DNA of 63,318 nucleotides, filler included, from Reclinomonas americana ATCC 50394 (GCA_048213135.1; 8 parts of 4 records of this genome joined end to end with filler, not necessarily neighbours in it), one strand, 5' to 3'. Shown: positions 36,974 through 50,999, counted from the first letter of the whole stretch. Numbers and translations: made by a program. Notes: generated by a model not told the origin, from the letters alone.

Positions 36974-37958
36974 ATGAGTCTGCTGCACTGCCTCTGCTGC
37001 TGCGACTCCACCGGCCGCGTGGTGTACTCCCTCGACGAGCCACCACGCAAGCATCGACTGCTGGCCAAGCGCGTGGTCTTCACCGTCACCGAGGGCTCAC
37101 TGGGACACCGCAACAGCTTCCTCGACATTGACGAGTGGACTGCACTGCGTGTGCACCACGCCCACACACACACCGAGCCATTGTACTCCAAGAGTCACGA
37201 GGATGCATCGTGGGTGCTTCCAGAGTCGCGAGACTTTATTGGTGCGCGCGAATCAATGACCACGTCTCTCCCTCTCGCTCGCTCATCTTTGTTTGTGCGC
37301 AGGCACGAGTCACGGGCATCGCAGCAAGACAGATGGTGTGCGCATGGAGGACGTCAGCATGGACTACAGTCGCATGGCGCCCTCTGTCATCTCTGCGCAG
37401 TTCATGACCGAGGTGGAGCGTGCGGCGGCTGTGGCCTCGGTGGCGCGTGTGAATCGCGCCGAGATTACCGAGTGCTCGGGCGAATGCTGCCGACTGTCGT
37501 TCTGTGGTGCATGTTTGCCGTCGGCGTTCGGCACCTTTACGCGCGTGGATCGCGTGCTGCGCAAGTGGAACACGAATGTGTTTGCGCAGCGCGGTCTGCA
37601 CTGGCGACGCGTGCGCCTGTCGCACAGCTGTGCCGAGCATCTGCAGCGCGATTGTCTGTGCGGGTGTCTGGCGTGCCCGTTCTCCGACCCCAACACCACC
37701 ATGAATTATCCGGTGCACAGCTGCCGGGCGTACGTGTGCCTGACGTGTTGCATTCCGCTGCTGTTCTGCTCCTGTCCGCAGCCCGTCATCTTCCTGCAAG
37801 CCGTGCGCAACAAGCCAATGCGACGGCGCAACAACTACACCGCCGATACCAGCAGCCCGTCGGCGCCGGTGACCCTGGAGCGCGCCAGCAGAGCTGTCAT
37901 GGCGCAAGGAGGCCGACCGGGCAGTCCAGCCGCTCTGCTCGGTCACACGGTGATATGA
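36974..37958 (+). CDS. Cys-rich protein with a possible Erf4/Golgin-A7/CHIC-type domain
   Basis: Two exons; CLCCC N-terminus; ECC..CGACLP..VDRVLRKWNTNVFAQRGLHWR resembles the Erf4-family core; further Cys clusters. Confidence 0.45.
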
Positions 37959-38274
37959 AGTGCATAACAGCAAGGGTTTTGTGTTTTTTTGGTTTTTCCT
38001 TTGTTTCAGTTTTTTTTTACGCATCACACATGCACAAACACACATCACACATGCACAAACACACATCACACATCACACATATACTGACGAGAGCATACAC
38101 ACCCCGAAAAAATAAGAAAAAGAGAGCTGGGAGGGGGAAAAGCAGCGCCACCACCACCACCACCACATGCACAGACAGGCAAAAAAATATCACATTGGTT
38201 GGTTGGAGGAGAAGCTCACAGGTGGCGGAGGGGCGCCGGAATGAAGAGCAAAGAGAGGTGCTGCAGGCTGCGCA

Positions 38275-39774
38275 CTAGTAGTCCTCTGCATCCACGGGCT
38301 TGGAGCGCGACTTGAGTCTGTCTGACAGCTCCGACATCATGGGGGCCATGGCCAGGGCCGGTGCCAAATCGCGCTTTCGCAACGAGCACGCCACATCCTT
38401 GGTCTTGCCAAAGTAGATCTGTGTGCGTACAGGCAAGCGAGTGAGTGAGCAGCAAGGCAAGAGGTGAGAGACAGTAATTATGTACCCGATCCAGCTGGTT
38501 GAACATGCTGTTCTCCAGGTCCTGCACCACGTTGCCAATGTTGACCAAATGGGCGCGGCTCTTGTCGAGCGCCGACAGCTTCAGCGTTTTGGCGTCGGTC
38601 TTGGTCAGCGAGCCCGACAGATCAATGGCGCCGCTCTCCGTCACCACCGACAGGATAATGGTCGACACAATCTTGTACGTGAAGGCACCGTTCTCGGCCG
38701 CCGCCACATCCACCACATGAATCGCATCCCACACACCAGTCTCCACACTCCGCCCGCCCGCCGCCGCTGCAGAGAAGCGTGAGATGCAGTGGTACGACGC
38801 ACAGCGGGCACACGCAGCGCGCAACTCTTCTTCAGCAGCACCGCCACTGCAAACTCGCCCTCCGACTCGAACGCATACACTGAGCTCACACCGCCACCAT
38901 AGTACCTGTGCGCGGGCGCTTGAGCCACTGGTGCAACTAGCACACGACAAAGGGTAGGAGCGCAACTGCTCGCGGTATGCGCGGAACACATCGTTGGCGG
39001 CGAGCTCCAGCTCTCGCAAGTGCTCTGGTGGTGTGCGACCGTCGGGCAATGGCGGATCATATTGATTCGACCACGGCGATCTGTGTGCATGATTCGGTAC
39101 ACAAACGACACAATATGAGGAAAGAGGGAGACAGTGAGAGGCCATGTGTCGTGCAGAGAGAGAAGGGAGTGTCTGCGTGTAGAGTGGCCTGACAATGGCC
39201 ATGACTCTCTCTTTCTCGCTCTTACACTTCCCACTGGCTTATGCTCTTCAAGTGGAGACATGTGTGCGTATGTATGTGCGCGACTAGGTGCATGTGCGTG
39301 TGTGCGCAGAGGGGTAGAGGAGAGGCGCATGCGACGGAGGAACTGTGTGTGTGGTCGACATGTCGGAGCATCTTCACCACGCAAGCAGACACGCACACAC
39401 ACACACACTCTCTCTCTCTCCTTCCACACTCACCGGTAGCTGTCCTCATCACGGTTGAATTCGCATTGAATGTACTCGGCGCCACTTTGTCTGCACACAC
39501 ACACACACATCATGCGCGTGTTATTACTCCTCACCATGCACACACGCATGAGTGTGCGCGTCTCTCTCTCTTTTCGTGGTGGACGCAACGGGCAGATCTG
39601 CACATCCAGTGGCTGATCCACGGTATCCAGCAGATCGGCCGCAATGTCGGGAGCAATCTGCAACACGTACGCCAGATTGTTGCGCATGTTGGCCGGCGGC
39701 AGTCTCTGCAACAGGTCCAGTGCCTTGCTCAGCTGGTCGCCACCACCGCCGCTGCCGGATGCTGGCGCAGACAT
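38275..39774 (-). CDS. CAPZB: F-actin capping protein beta subunit
   Basis: ALDLLQRLPP, DLLDTVDQPL, CEFNRDEDSY|RSPWSNQYDPP, YYGGGVSSVY, GVWDAIHVV, HLVNIGNVVQDLEN and IYFGKTKD. Confidence 0.96.
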
Positions 39775-39851
39775 TGTGCTCTTGGAGGGAGAGTGTGATT
39801 GAGATGGGGTCCTGCATGACATCTTTCACGAGTGAAGGCCTTCATGCAAGC

Positions 39852-40541
39852 ATGTGGTTCGTTAAGGATATGATCGGGAGAGGGAGACGAGCGGATCATG
39901 CAGGAAACGGGGGCGCGGAAAGCAAAGAGGAGGGGAATGATCGGAGCGCGAAGTTCATGCCGGATTTCATTCCAAAGCCTCTCCTTCCACTGCTGGCGTC
40001 TCTGGCTGAAAGACACGGCTGTTGAGGTGGAGAGATGATGCTCATTGTGCATACGCAGTGGCTTGGCATGACAGCGGATCCAGATGCAGACTCGTTCACG
40101 ATCCACTTCCTCGTGTTCTTCTCTGCCTTTCGCAAGCCTGGCGTGCACGTGCATCGACAGTGCTGTGACGGGACAGGTGGCACATCGGTGATCAGCCCGT
40201 CTTGTCCGCGCACGGTGCACTGGACACAAAGGCTGGCGTGGCTCAATCGCTCATTTCTTGCTCAATCAGACGCAATGCTCGCCTCCACACTTGCACAGTT
40301 CCTCACCGGCGGCCTCTTCTGGCTCTACATTGGTGCCACGCACGTGATGGAGATCGTCTCCAACGGCGACGGCATCGACGAGGCACAGCGCGTGTACTAT
40401 TCATGCCCATCCTGTCACCGACAAGTGTTTGTCTTTGCACCGCTGCGGAGCATGGTCGGCACCAAGTGCTTTGGCTGTCAGAGACAGGCACTGGCGATCC
40501 CTCCGCATCGCCTCCTCGCGAGCGCGCCTCCGGATCCTTGA
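39852..40541 (+). CDS. Small hypothetical protein with a possible zinc ribbon (CPSC...CFGC)
   Basis: Coding-like exons, last exon FLTGGLFWLYIG...YSCPSCHR...TKCFGCQR; exon structure uncertain. Confidence 0.35.
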
Positions 40542-40621
40542 GTGAAAGACGACGAGCGGAGAACTCCGAGTGAAATTCCCGAACACCACAACTTTTTTTG
40601 AGCCCACACAGAGAGAGAGAA

Positions 40622-40741
40622 ATGTCAGTTCCCCGCACACTCACCTGCCTCGGCGACACATTTGTCCGCGCCTCTGGTGGCGAGGATGTCTCCATGGAGG
40701 CAGTGCTGCAGAGCAGCAAGTACGTTGGCATCTACTGCAGC
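40622..40741 (+). CDS. First exon of a nucleoredoxin/thioredoxin-like gene (truncated by linker)
   Basis: LGDTFVRASGGEDVSMEAVLQSSKYVGIYCS| resembles the nucleoredoxin K.VGLYFSA segment that precedes WCxxC. Confidence 0.5.
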
Positions 40742-40942
40742 GTTGCGTTGTCAAGCAACACACTCTCTCTCTCTCTCTTGCGCTCTCACTCACACGTGCG
40801 ACACACNNNNNNNNNNNNNNNNNNNNNNNNNNNNNNNNNNNNNNNNNNNNTTAATTAATTAANNNNNNNNNNNNNNNNNNNNNNNNNNNNNNNNNNNNNN
40901 NNNNNNCGACTGTTGCACTGTCATCCGCGTTTTGTCTTGAAG

Positions 40943-41788
40943 ATGGCCGCGGCAGTAGCGGTTGCCGCCGGTTCTTTCATTCTGGGCCTCCTCACACGTC
41001 ACTTTGGTCGCCGCTTGCTGGGCTCGCGGGCACCTGCAGCAGTAGCAGCAGCAGCAGCAGTCGCCGCACCTGCAGCCTCACCTGCGCCCTCGCCCAGCAA
41101 GTCATCTCCAAGCTCCTCTCCCTCTGCCTCTTCAGCATCAGCAGCAGCAGGGAGCAGCAGCAGTGGGCGTCTCAGTGCGCTCTTGGATGAACAGCGACGT
41201 GAGTTTGGAAGCTCAGCAGTCGCGCAGCGAAGAAAAACAGACGAGTTCAAAATGGTGTGTCTCTCACGCTCTCAACATTGAGCAGGCTCTCTCTCTCACA
41301 CACGCACGCATGTTGTAGGCACTGGTGGTGCGCACTGATCTGAACATGAACAAGGGCAAGATTGCGGCGCAGTGCTGTCACGGATGCTTGGGTGCTTACA
41401 AGAGAGTTCCGTCTCACACTCACTCCTTGTGTGCTTGTGTTCACACAGCGGTGCTCACGTTGTGTGTGTGTTTGCGTGTAAAGAGTCTCAAGCTGTCGCC
41501 CACGTGGACCGAGTTTTGGGAGGATTGCGGACAGACCAAGGTCGTGTTGCGGGCGACTGACGAGCAGACGATCTATGCACTTGCCGAGGTCTGTCTGTCT
41601 CTGCTGCTCGCCTCTCTCTGCTTTTCTTACGCGCGGTGCAGGAGGCCGAACGCGCCCGGCTACCAATGTACATGGTCTACGATGCGGGGCGCACGCAGAT
41701 CGCGGCTGGCTCGTTGACGGTGCTGGCGGTGGGGCCAGCGCGGGCGGAAGATGTGGATCGTGTCACTGGCCACCTGAAGCTCTTGTGA
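40943..41788 (+). CDS. PTRH2: Peptidyl-tRNA hydrolase 2
   Basis: N-terminal hydrophobic anchor; [50 protein letters not shown] and VTGHLKLL*. Confidence 0.95.
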
Positions 41789-41929
41789 TGTGGCNNNNNN
41801 NNNNNNNNNNNNNNTCTCGCGGGACGACGACGTCTGGCGGGTTTCCATAGGCAGACTGCATACATTAAAGACAGTTCTCGTGCGCACTGCATGAGCGTGC
41901 GATTCGGCGAGAGGAGGCAAAAACGCCGC

Positions 41930-44136
41930 TCAGCGTCGCATGCCTTGTGAGTCGGACATGACGTTGCCGGTGACCACCGAGACGACGGGATTGTGCGGGT
42001 CGCGGCCCACCGTGTAGACGTGGAAGCCGAGCTGTCGCAATTCGACGCCGTCGATCACGTTGCGGCCGTCAAAGACAAACGCTGGCTTGCTCATGGAGGC
42101 GTAGATGCGCGGGTAGTCGAGCACACGGAACTCGGTCCACTCGGTGAGGATGAGGATGGCGTGTGCACCGGCGCAGGCTGTGTATGCATCGGCGCACACC
42201 TCCACGCTCGACTCCAAGTCGACATCGTCGGGTGTGTCGTGGCACTCTTCCAGGTCGCGGAAGATCTGCACGAAAGAAGGAAATGAGCAAACCACGACAG
42301 TAACACCAGCTTCTTGCGCGCGTGTCATCCCGTACCTGGTCCTTTTGCACCTTCGGGTCGTACACGGCCAATTGCGCTCGTTCCCTCAGCATGTCGGCAC
42401 ACACGTAGATGGCTGCTGACTCGCGCGTGTCGCCCGTGTCCTTCTTGAAGGCGAAGCCGAGAATCGCAATGCGCTTGCCGGCCAGCGTGTCAAACAGCGA
42501 GCGCACCACCGACTTGGCAAAGCGCTTCTTCTGGAAGTCGTTGATCTTGATCACCTGCTCCCAGTATCTGGCCACCTCCGGCAGGCCAGACGTGTAGCAC
42601 AGGTAGACGAGGTTGAGAATGTCCTTCTGGAAGCACGAGCCGCCGAAACCCACCGATGGTTGCAGGAAACGCGAGCCGATGCGCTTGTCCGTACCGAGAG
42701 CCACAGACACCTGCCAGAGGTGTGCGTGTGTATGTGAGAGAGTGAAGCGCAGCGTACGGGAGTGCAAGCGGTTCGTCAACGAACCTCGGCACAGTCGGCA
42801 CCAACAGCCTCACAAATGGCACTGAGAGCATTGATGCTTGACACACGTTGCGCGAGGAAGGCATTGGCCGCCAGCTTGCTCAGCTCCGACGACCACAGGT
42901 TGGTGGTGATGATGCGATCCTTTGGCACCCAGTGCTCATACAACCACGACAGGCGCTGCGGGCATAGGGGGGAGGGCGCGCGAATGAGCGACGATACGCA
43001 CAGAGGGATTATGTGTGAGAGAGAGAGAGACAGACCTCCACCGCCCGCTGACCGTCGGGCGTCTCGCGCCCACCAATCAGCACACGATCCGGCTCAAACA
43101 GGTCGCGAATGGCCGTGCCCTCCGCCAAAAATTCCGGGTTCGACAGCACCTCCACCGTGTGGTCTGCAGTGGCGTTGGCCGCAAAGATCTTGGCCAGCGT
43201 CTCCGACGTGCGCACCGGCACCGTCGACTTCTCCACCACCACTACGAAGCACACACAATGAGTAACACGATTGCGCGCACACCCGGCGGACGCGACAGCA
43301 GCATTCACCCTTGAAGCCGGGGCCGAGGTTGGCCACCAGCATGCGCGCCACACGCTCCACGTTCTTCACCTCGGCCGCACGTCCCTCGCCCACACCGTAG
43401 TGCTTGGTCGGTGTGTTCACCGCCACAAAAACCACATCGGCATCGCGCACCGTTTCCTCCACCTGATTTCCATCATCACCGTCAGTGTCATGTGAACTGC
43501 TCCAACTCCTGCTCCCCACTCAACACACACACACACACACACATGTACACACAGACACACATGCAGAGGCAAGTCGTGCAACACACACACGTGGAATCAC
43601 ACCTCGGAGATGCAAAGCCATGAGAGCAAACTGACACACACGCACGCACGCACGTGTCGTGCACACGCGTGTATAGGCACACACACAAGCACAAGGAGGA
43701 GAAGGGAAAGTGGCACTAATGTGTGTGTGACAAGAAAACACAACTTGAGATGAGAAGAACAGATTGCGACCGCGGCATTCCATGACGACTTCCTCCAGTT
43801 GCGGCTCATAGATCGGCAGCTTGTCAGAGTTCCACTTGTCGATGAGTGCTGCACACGCACAGAGAGAGAGAGAGGTCAGAGTGTGTCACCGCGAGAGAGA
43901 ACTGCTCAGTGAGGAAAGAGACCTTGATTCAAGTCCACCACGTGCACTTGCACGTCCGGCGACTTGAGCGCCATCACAGCCATTGTGGGCCCGCCTAGTG
44001 TGTGTGAGAGAGTGTGTGTGTGTGAGTGAGAGGAGGGAGCGAGTGTAGATGAGCATGTCGGCCACTCACCGACGTAGCCGGCGCCGACACACACCACCTT
44101 GCGCACAGGGGGGATATCTACAGAGGAGGCCGACAT
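41930..44136 (-). CDS. UGDH: UDP-glucose 6-dehydrogenase
   Basis: [82 protein letters not shown] and FDGRN. Confidence 0.97.
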
Positions 44137-44517
44137 GGTGAGCTCTCTAAACTAGCCAAGGATAGCAGTGGGGGCAGTGCAGTCCGGGACACGACGTCGA
44201 GCCAGTTTTTCCGAGCCACGAGACAACACTGGAGAACAACTGTTCAGCGACCAACCGCTGTGAATAAAACAACATACGTCGGTGCACTGAAGGGCGACGA
44301 GAAAAAGGTAACGTGCTGCGATATTGCGATCGATATCGGTATTCCGAAACCGCGCTCTCTCTCTCTCTCTGGTGCACTCGATGCATGCGAGGCATCCACG
44401 GATAGCCGTCCTGTCGCTGTGTTCGTGGTCAAGAAAGTGCCTCTTATCTTCGTCGTCAGTGGATACAAAAAAAGCGAATTACAATAATTTACGATTCCAG
44501 TTTTTCCTTGCTGCATG

Positions 44518-46733
44518 CTATACAACATCTACCATCTCACTGTCAGCGTCGTCGGCCCGCCCTATCAGCACGACTGGGTCCACATCCATCGAGTCCAAGT
44601 CGCTGTCGGTGGTCAGCAGCGGCATCGCCAGTTGTCGCAATCCGGGTCCGCCTTTTATCGCAAAACAAATATCGTCCTCGTCTTCGTCACCGTCGTCACC
44701 ACCAACATTCATGTCGTCCGCGGCCGCAAAGAACACTCGGCCGTCTGTGGAGAACAACTCGTCCTCGTACCAGTCGGCGTCCAGCGCGTCGCGGCCGGCC
44801 ATCTCCACCTCGCGGTCACCGTCGTACGCCGGCGTTGGCGTGTTCGGATCAATCGGGTGGGGCATCGGAGAGAGTGTCGGCGACGGCGACGGCGTGGGCG
44901 ACTTGTCGGCCTGCAGCTGCAGCTGCTGCAAGTGTTGCTGGAGTGTGGGCAGGAAGCGGAGGTCGAGCACAGTCGGCGCGTGCTGCATAACCGTCACACT
45001 CTGCGGTGGGAGAAAACTGACCATGCGCGGCCGCCCATTGATGGTCGCCACTGCACGCTGCAGGTCGGTCGCCAGCTCGTCGAGTAGTCTCGGCCGCAAG
45101 CGCAGCATCTCCGCCAAGCACACACTGCGCATGGCCCTCTCGTCGGTCCTCAGCACTTGCTTGAGTGTCAGCGGATCGTCAAACTGCACACTTCTCAGAG
45201 CTCGATCCTCCTCCACGTGCTCCTCTCGGAATAGGCCAGCGAAGCAGCGGTGGCGCATCGCCTGTTCGGCAGTGTACCGTGCACCCTCCTCGCACACCAT
45301 GGCAGCCAGCAAGTCGATCACTGCAACACAGACAGCTGTTGGTGAGAATCCCCTACGGTCGCAAAGTGTGTGCAAGTGCACGTGCACTCACCATCCAAGT
45401 CCGGTCGGTTCTCCGCGAATGCAAAGTACGCCTGCTTGTGCTGCGTGTCGGCCTGCATCCAGTTGTTGAGCTCCGTGCGATGCGTCAACTCGCGACCGTT
45501 CAGCGAGGTGACAAAGAGTGGTCGCCGCAGGTACAGCTCGGCGATCACACAGCCGACGGCAAACACGTCGACAGCAAACGGGTTGTACGTCGTCGCCGAC
45601 TGGCGGTTTCCACCGTTGCCGCAGGCGAGGCACTCTGGTGCACGATACGGCAGCGACACAATGTCGCCACTGAAGCACTGCTCGTCGGAGGGGCACAGGG
45701 GAGCATCGGTGAGGACGCCTCTCGCGATGCCAAAGTCGCACAACTGCAGGCACACACACACAAGTCGCGGGAGTGAGCAATGGTCAGAGACGACAATAAT
45801 GCATATGAGCCAAACGCACCAGCACTGACTGCTTGTCGGCGTCGAGGAGCAGGTTGAGTGGCTTGATGTCGCGGTGGCACACGCCGAGGCAGTGTAGTCT
45901 GTGCACCTGGCGCACCAGCGAATACGCCACTCGGCGTGCGGCGGCGTCACCGGCGAGTGGTGAGCTGGGCGACCGGTCTCGCAGCGCACCCGCCAGTGTA
46001 CCGCCACTCTCGTACTCAAACACCATGGCAAACTTCTGCATCTCGCTGACACCAGGCTGCGGTGCCACGGGAAACGCGTCGAGCAAGTGTGGTGCGATTC
46101 GACCCTGCGAAAAAACCATTGTATGAGTAATGCAACTGCGTCAGAGACAATGCCACAAGGCAGCGTGCGCACCTCTCGTACGGGCAGTCGTCGCGTGAGG
46201 AAGCCATTGACCAGCAGCTCACGCACGTATCGCGTTCCTGCCGAGCCTTGAATGTGACTGTCGGGGCGCATGGATCCGTGTCGCATGGCTCGTGGCTCTT
46301 GAATCTTCACCGCCACGGTCTTGTCTGTTTGCTGACACTGGCACAGGCTGTGTGGCGGACAAGGGAGGAGAGAGATGAGAGTCGTGTTGCACAGGGACGC
46401 GCGCAGAATTTACATAAACACGTGCTCACAAGATGGTTCCATATGCACCCGAGGCCAGCTGCGCGTGACACAGAACAAGGAGACAGTGAGCAAGGGGAGA
46501 CACGTGGGCGAGAAGAAACCACGTCGCACCTGTTGATCCAGCAAATATCCATTCGCACTCAACACCGCTCTCCATTGCTCCAAAAACTCGCTGCTTTGCA
46601 CCAGCATCCTGACGTGGTCTGCTCTCTCTCTCTCTCTCGTTCGTATGTGAATCTGACAGCCACGGCGGTGGTGTTGTCCAGTGTCAATCTTCTCTCCGAC
46701 AACACACAAATTAAAATCGACACTTGGGGACAT
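44518..46733 (-). CDS. Ser/Thr protein kinase, CMGC (MAPK/CDK-like), divergent
   Basis: LASGAYGTI, VAVKI, RE, HRDIKPLNLLL, LCDFGIARG, YRAPE, DVFAVGCVIAEL and RYTAEQAMRHRCF; acidic C-terminal tail. Confidence 0.88.
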
Positions 46734-46813
46734 GACCGGACGCCATGTGAAACCCGGCAGCGCCAATTGCTCCAGTCACACGTCCTTCCCACCCCCGCCC
46801 TGCAACTGACAGG

Positions 46814-48062
46814 ATGCATCTGCTTGCCGTCCGTCGCTTCGCCACCAGCAGTGCGTTTCCCTCTCTCATTGTCTGCCTCTCTGTTCCGATCGCGATCTCT
46901 CATCACCTTCTGCTTGCTGACCTGCGCGACGGACAGCCGTGTCTGCCGGCGCTGTGTCCGAGCGGTTCCTGCTGCGCTCACTGCTCTTTGTGCCGGGAAA
47001 CTCAGAGAAGATGCTGCGCAAGGTGATGACGCCAAATGCATCCGTGGTCGATGCACTGGTGCCCGACTTGGAGGACTCGGTGGCCACGGTGGAGCAAAAG
47101 GTGGCTGGGCGACAGCTCCTTGCGCAGTTGCTGCCGGAGCTGCGTGCGAGCGGCAAGTGTGCGTTCTTGTGATGGCATGCATGCATTGCATTCGCAGATG
47201 ACTGATGATTGGATGGTGAAGACGTCATTCCGCGATTCAACTCGGTGCACAGTGGTCTGCTGGAGGCCGAGTTGAGTGCACTGGTGGGTCCGCACATTGA
47301 CGCGGTGCACATTGGCAAGATCGACTCGGCGGAAGATGCGAATCGTCTGTGTGAGGCGGTGGAGAGGGCGGAGCGCGCCAGTGGGATGCCAGTGGGCTCG
47401 TTGCCGGTGCTGCCGACTATTGAGAGTGCGCGGGCGGTGATGGATGTGCGGGAGATTTGCGTGGCGTGCGGGCCACGGCTGCTGGGACTGGCATTCGGCT
47501 GCGACGATTGTTGCGCACGCGCTTTTCTCTGGGGTTGCCGAGATCGCCTGACTGACTGACTGTGTCGAGCGCAGATGCCAGTGACTTGGGCATTGATCGC
47601 ACCCTCGAGGAGCGGGAGATGGAGTACGCGCGCCACGTGATTGGTGTGGCCGCTCGGGCATTCGGTGTGCTGGCCATTGACACACCACACACGCAGTTTC
47701 GCGACCTCGACGCACTCAAGGCCATGACTGAGCGCTCGAAGCAGGCCGGCTTCACTGGCCGTCTGTGCAGTTTTGTCGTGTCGACAACGGCGTCGCCCAC
47801 CACGTGTACCTCACCATCCTCGTCTCACACAGTTCACCCCTCGCAACCCGCCATTGTCAATGCCGTCTTCTCGCCGTCGGCCTCACAAGTCGAGTTTGCA
47901 CGCGCCGTCGTGGCGGCCTACGAGGAGAGTGTGCAGCGGGGTCGCGGCTCAACACAAATTGAGTGGCGTGGTCACCCGCGCATGGTGGACAAGCCGGTTG
48001 TGTTGCAGGCGCAGCGTGTGCTGCAGGCACAGTCCAAGATCGCAACCCCCAAGAAGGACTGA
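46814..48062 (+). CDS. CLYBL: Citrate lyase beta-like protein (CitE/CLYBL family) with mitochondrial-type presequence
   Basis: LRSLLFVPG, PDLEDSV, IPRFN, LPTIESA, FGCDD|YASDLG, AIDTP, GFTGRLC|IHPSQ and RMVDKPV. Confidence 0.9.
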
Positions 48063-48312
48063 TTTTTAAAAGCATAACATTCGTTTATACGTACGTGTTG
48101 TTGGTGATTATTGACCCCACTCTACCTCGCTCTCTCTATATGTCTCTACACTTACACGAGCAGGCGGTCGGTTCTTCCCACGCGGTGATGCAATCGTCAC
48201 ACGCGGAGCGAGACCGGCACGCCGCTCTGTTGTTGTTGTTGTTGTTGTTCTAACAGTCCAAAAAAATGTGCACGCGCTGGCATGCACCGCTCCGCACAGC
48301 GCGGCCTCGAAA

Positions 48313-49601
48313 TTAGTACATGCGGTCGGCATCGGAGCCCGACGACATGGAGCTTGGCGAGTCCGACGAGGCAGTGGCCGACGGGGAGGCCGAGTCGGTG
48401 GCCACCGACGACGATGGTGACGTCTGGTAGATGACCTTGCGCACCGCCAGCGAGACGACACCGCTGCGTGCCTGCGGCGAGGTCTTCANNNNNNNNNNNN
48501 NNNNNNNNNNNNNNNNNNNNNNNNNNNNNNNNNNNNNNNNNNNNNNNNNNNNNNNNNNNNNNNNNNNNNNNNNNNNNNNNNNNNNNNNNNNNNNNNNNNN
48601 NNNNNNNNNNNNNNNNNNNNNNNNNNNNNGCGGCGCCACTTGTGGTGAAGCAGGGGCGTTGAGGGCGCGCTTGTCCTTGACGAACGAGCACTGGAAGCCA
48701 GTCTGGTCCTCCAGCACCAGCATGTTGCCGTTCTTGGAGAAGGCGGCGCGCACCGTCTGTGCACTGCCATTGGCGTCGGCGCGCGCCTCGAGTGTCCGCA
48801 CCGCCGTCGAGGCAAAGGTGAGGCGGGAGGCGAGCGAGTCCTGCGTTGACCACGCATCGCACGTGCCGTCGGGATTGCTGTTGTCGACCAGGATCAGCGA
48901 GAAGTCCGAGGCTGTGCGGTGCAGTGCCACCCACGCAATGCCGTCGGCCGACTTCTTGGCCACTCGCAGACCCATCTCGCGCACCCACTGCGCGCACGAG
49001 CTCTCCGTGTCGGGGCACAGCATGCACACGCCGACGACTGGATCCGAGTGGTTGGCACTCTCCGGACGGCACTTGCTCTCCGTCACCACCACCAGCTGAC
49101 CGTCGGGCGCCACCAGCGTCATGCAGCGGCCAGGGGCGGCCACATACTCGCGCAACCACGCCGGAGTGGCCGGGTGGTCGGTCGTGTGCTCAAATGCCGT
49201 GTTCCAGTGGCTGTCGACGCGCGTCACATGCGCCAACACCGCATCGTCGCACACCAGCAGGGCACCGAGCTCGGGCGAGGCCTCGGTGGCCGGTCGGTCG
49301 TAACGCGGCGCACGAGCCTCGCCGGTAATGTACCCGTATTCGGCAGCCGCCAATGCGTCCGGAGTGGACGGTGAGTACAAGTCGATCACGTAGCTGGAGC
49401 GCGACAGGCTGACAGCCGTGCGCGTCCACGTCTCGTCGCTCGGGCGATCCTTGAAGACCGGCTGCTGGTTGTGGTTCACCTTGCGGATTTTCTGCGCGCG
49501 CACATAACCGTCAGTAACCACTTTCGGAAAAGGAACATCGAAAACAAAGAAAACACGAACCATGCCCAGCACGGTGGTGTAAAAGTCGAGGGTGGCCGCA
49601 C
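48313..49601 (-). CDS. GLOD4: Two-domain glyoxalase-fold protein, GLOD4-like (5' truncated)
   Basis: TLDFYTTVLGM, WTRTAV, VAPDGQ, DPVVGVCMLCPD..SSCAQWVREMGL and LEDQTGFQCSFV parallel remembered GLOD4 motifs (FYRDVLGM, WSKTMV, DPVLKV..SDL..S..YW..LGM). Confidence 0.6.
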
Positions 49602-50999
49602 NNNNNNNNNNNNNNNNNNNNNNNNNNNNNNNNNNNNNNNNNNNNTTAATTAATTAANNNNNNNNNNNNNNNNNNNNNNNNNNNNNNNNNNNNNNNNNNN
49701 NGACGGGTCACGCGGAACGAGCTGCCGCGGAGGCGGGTCGAAGCTGTGGGGCTCGAGGGTGGGCTCGTTTGACCCGAGGACACAGCGCGCATGCCGCTCT
49801 TGATGCCGCTGCTGCCGACCGATGGGGACGACGACATGCCTGCCGCGCCACTCTGCATGGCCTTGAAGCCAGCGCTGCCAGTCGAGGAGCCGTCTTGGGA
49901 GAAGGTGCGGTAGCCGATCATGATGATGTGTTGGTGGTGGTCTTACACACAGAATAAAAGCTGGCGAGGGAGAAGAGAGAAGAGTGTGATTAGTACAACG
50001 GTGGATGCACGAGATGGCGACACGCTCACGACGACGACGACGATCATGATGACAATGATGCTAAGGTGATGGTGGCTGGGAGACACGCGGTGAGTCGGGC
50101 ACAAAAACACGGGGGGCTGCCTCGAGAGAGGCGCCCGCGGTGGGGACAAGACGCGTAGATCGGGAAGGGAGGCACCAACCTTGGCGGTCTAGGGTGGAGG
50201 AGGGCAAGTGGGCTTCTCTCGCAACGCTTGATTGAAGTGAGTGTGCTGACAACGAATGTGAGCGATGAATGTGATCGACGTGGGTTTCTAGACGACGCGC
50301 AGCGAGTTGTCTCGACCTCCCGATTTACTTCGGACACCACCCCGCATATCGAGGTTGATGGAGTGTGTGTGGTGGGGGGGGCGGATCATGATGTGGTGGA
50401 GCTGCACGGGCGCATCGGTGGAGAGGTCGCGACAAGTGCGATTGTGGTGCAAGGCGAACATTCCGAATTCGAACCCAACAACGGTTTTTGCACAAAAGAA
50501 CTGTTGCATCGCGAAGACGAGGTGAGGTGAGGAGGTGGTGAAGGGCAGGGGCACTGTCGGTGATGCAGATGGTGGTGCAGGACAGCTGCGCCGAGAGAAA
50601 GAGGGACAGATTTGAAGAGGAGAACGACGATTTTCTTCGGAAGAATGAAAAAACCGGTACAGTTTGCCCGGACACCCATTTTTGGGCATTGCACGCACAG
50701 TCTCTTGTTGGAATCAGAACAGAGACAATAGGTGGATTGAGACAGCAGTAGCATTGCTGTGTGGTGGGATGAGATGTACGCAGCGTGCAAGGCGTGGGGG
50801 TTTCGTTCGAAAAATAATGCCAGTATCAGGCATGTCGGTTTTCCCTTTCCTGTGCACGCGTGCTGCAGGGTGCCTCTGTTCGTGGTTATCCAGCGAGGCC
50901 TTACACCATCACAGCTGCCTACAAGAGAAGAGACGCTTGCTACGCGGCTTGTTTGAAGCTCCGAGAGCAAACACAGCTGCGGCCAAAATGGCCAGGGAG

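Noticed and set aside
38023..38080. 21-nt tandem repeat catcacacatgcacaaacaca
   Set aside because: Microsatellite-derived slippage in a 3' intergenic region; not CRISPR-like.
17640..48062. Citrate synthase plus citrate-lyase-beta as a metabolic cluster
   Set aside because: They lie on different scaffolds separated by artificial linkers.
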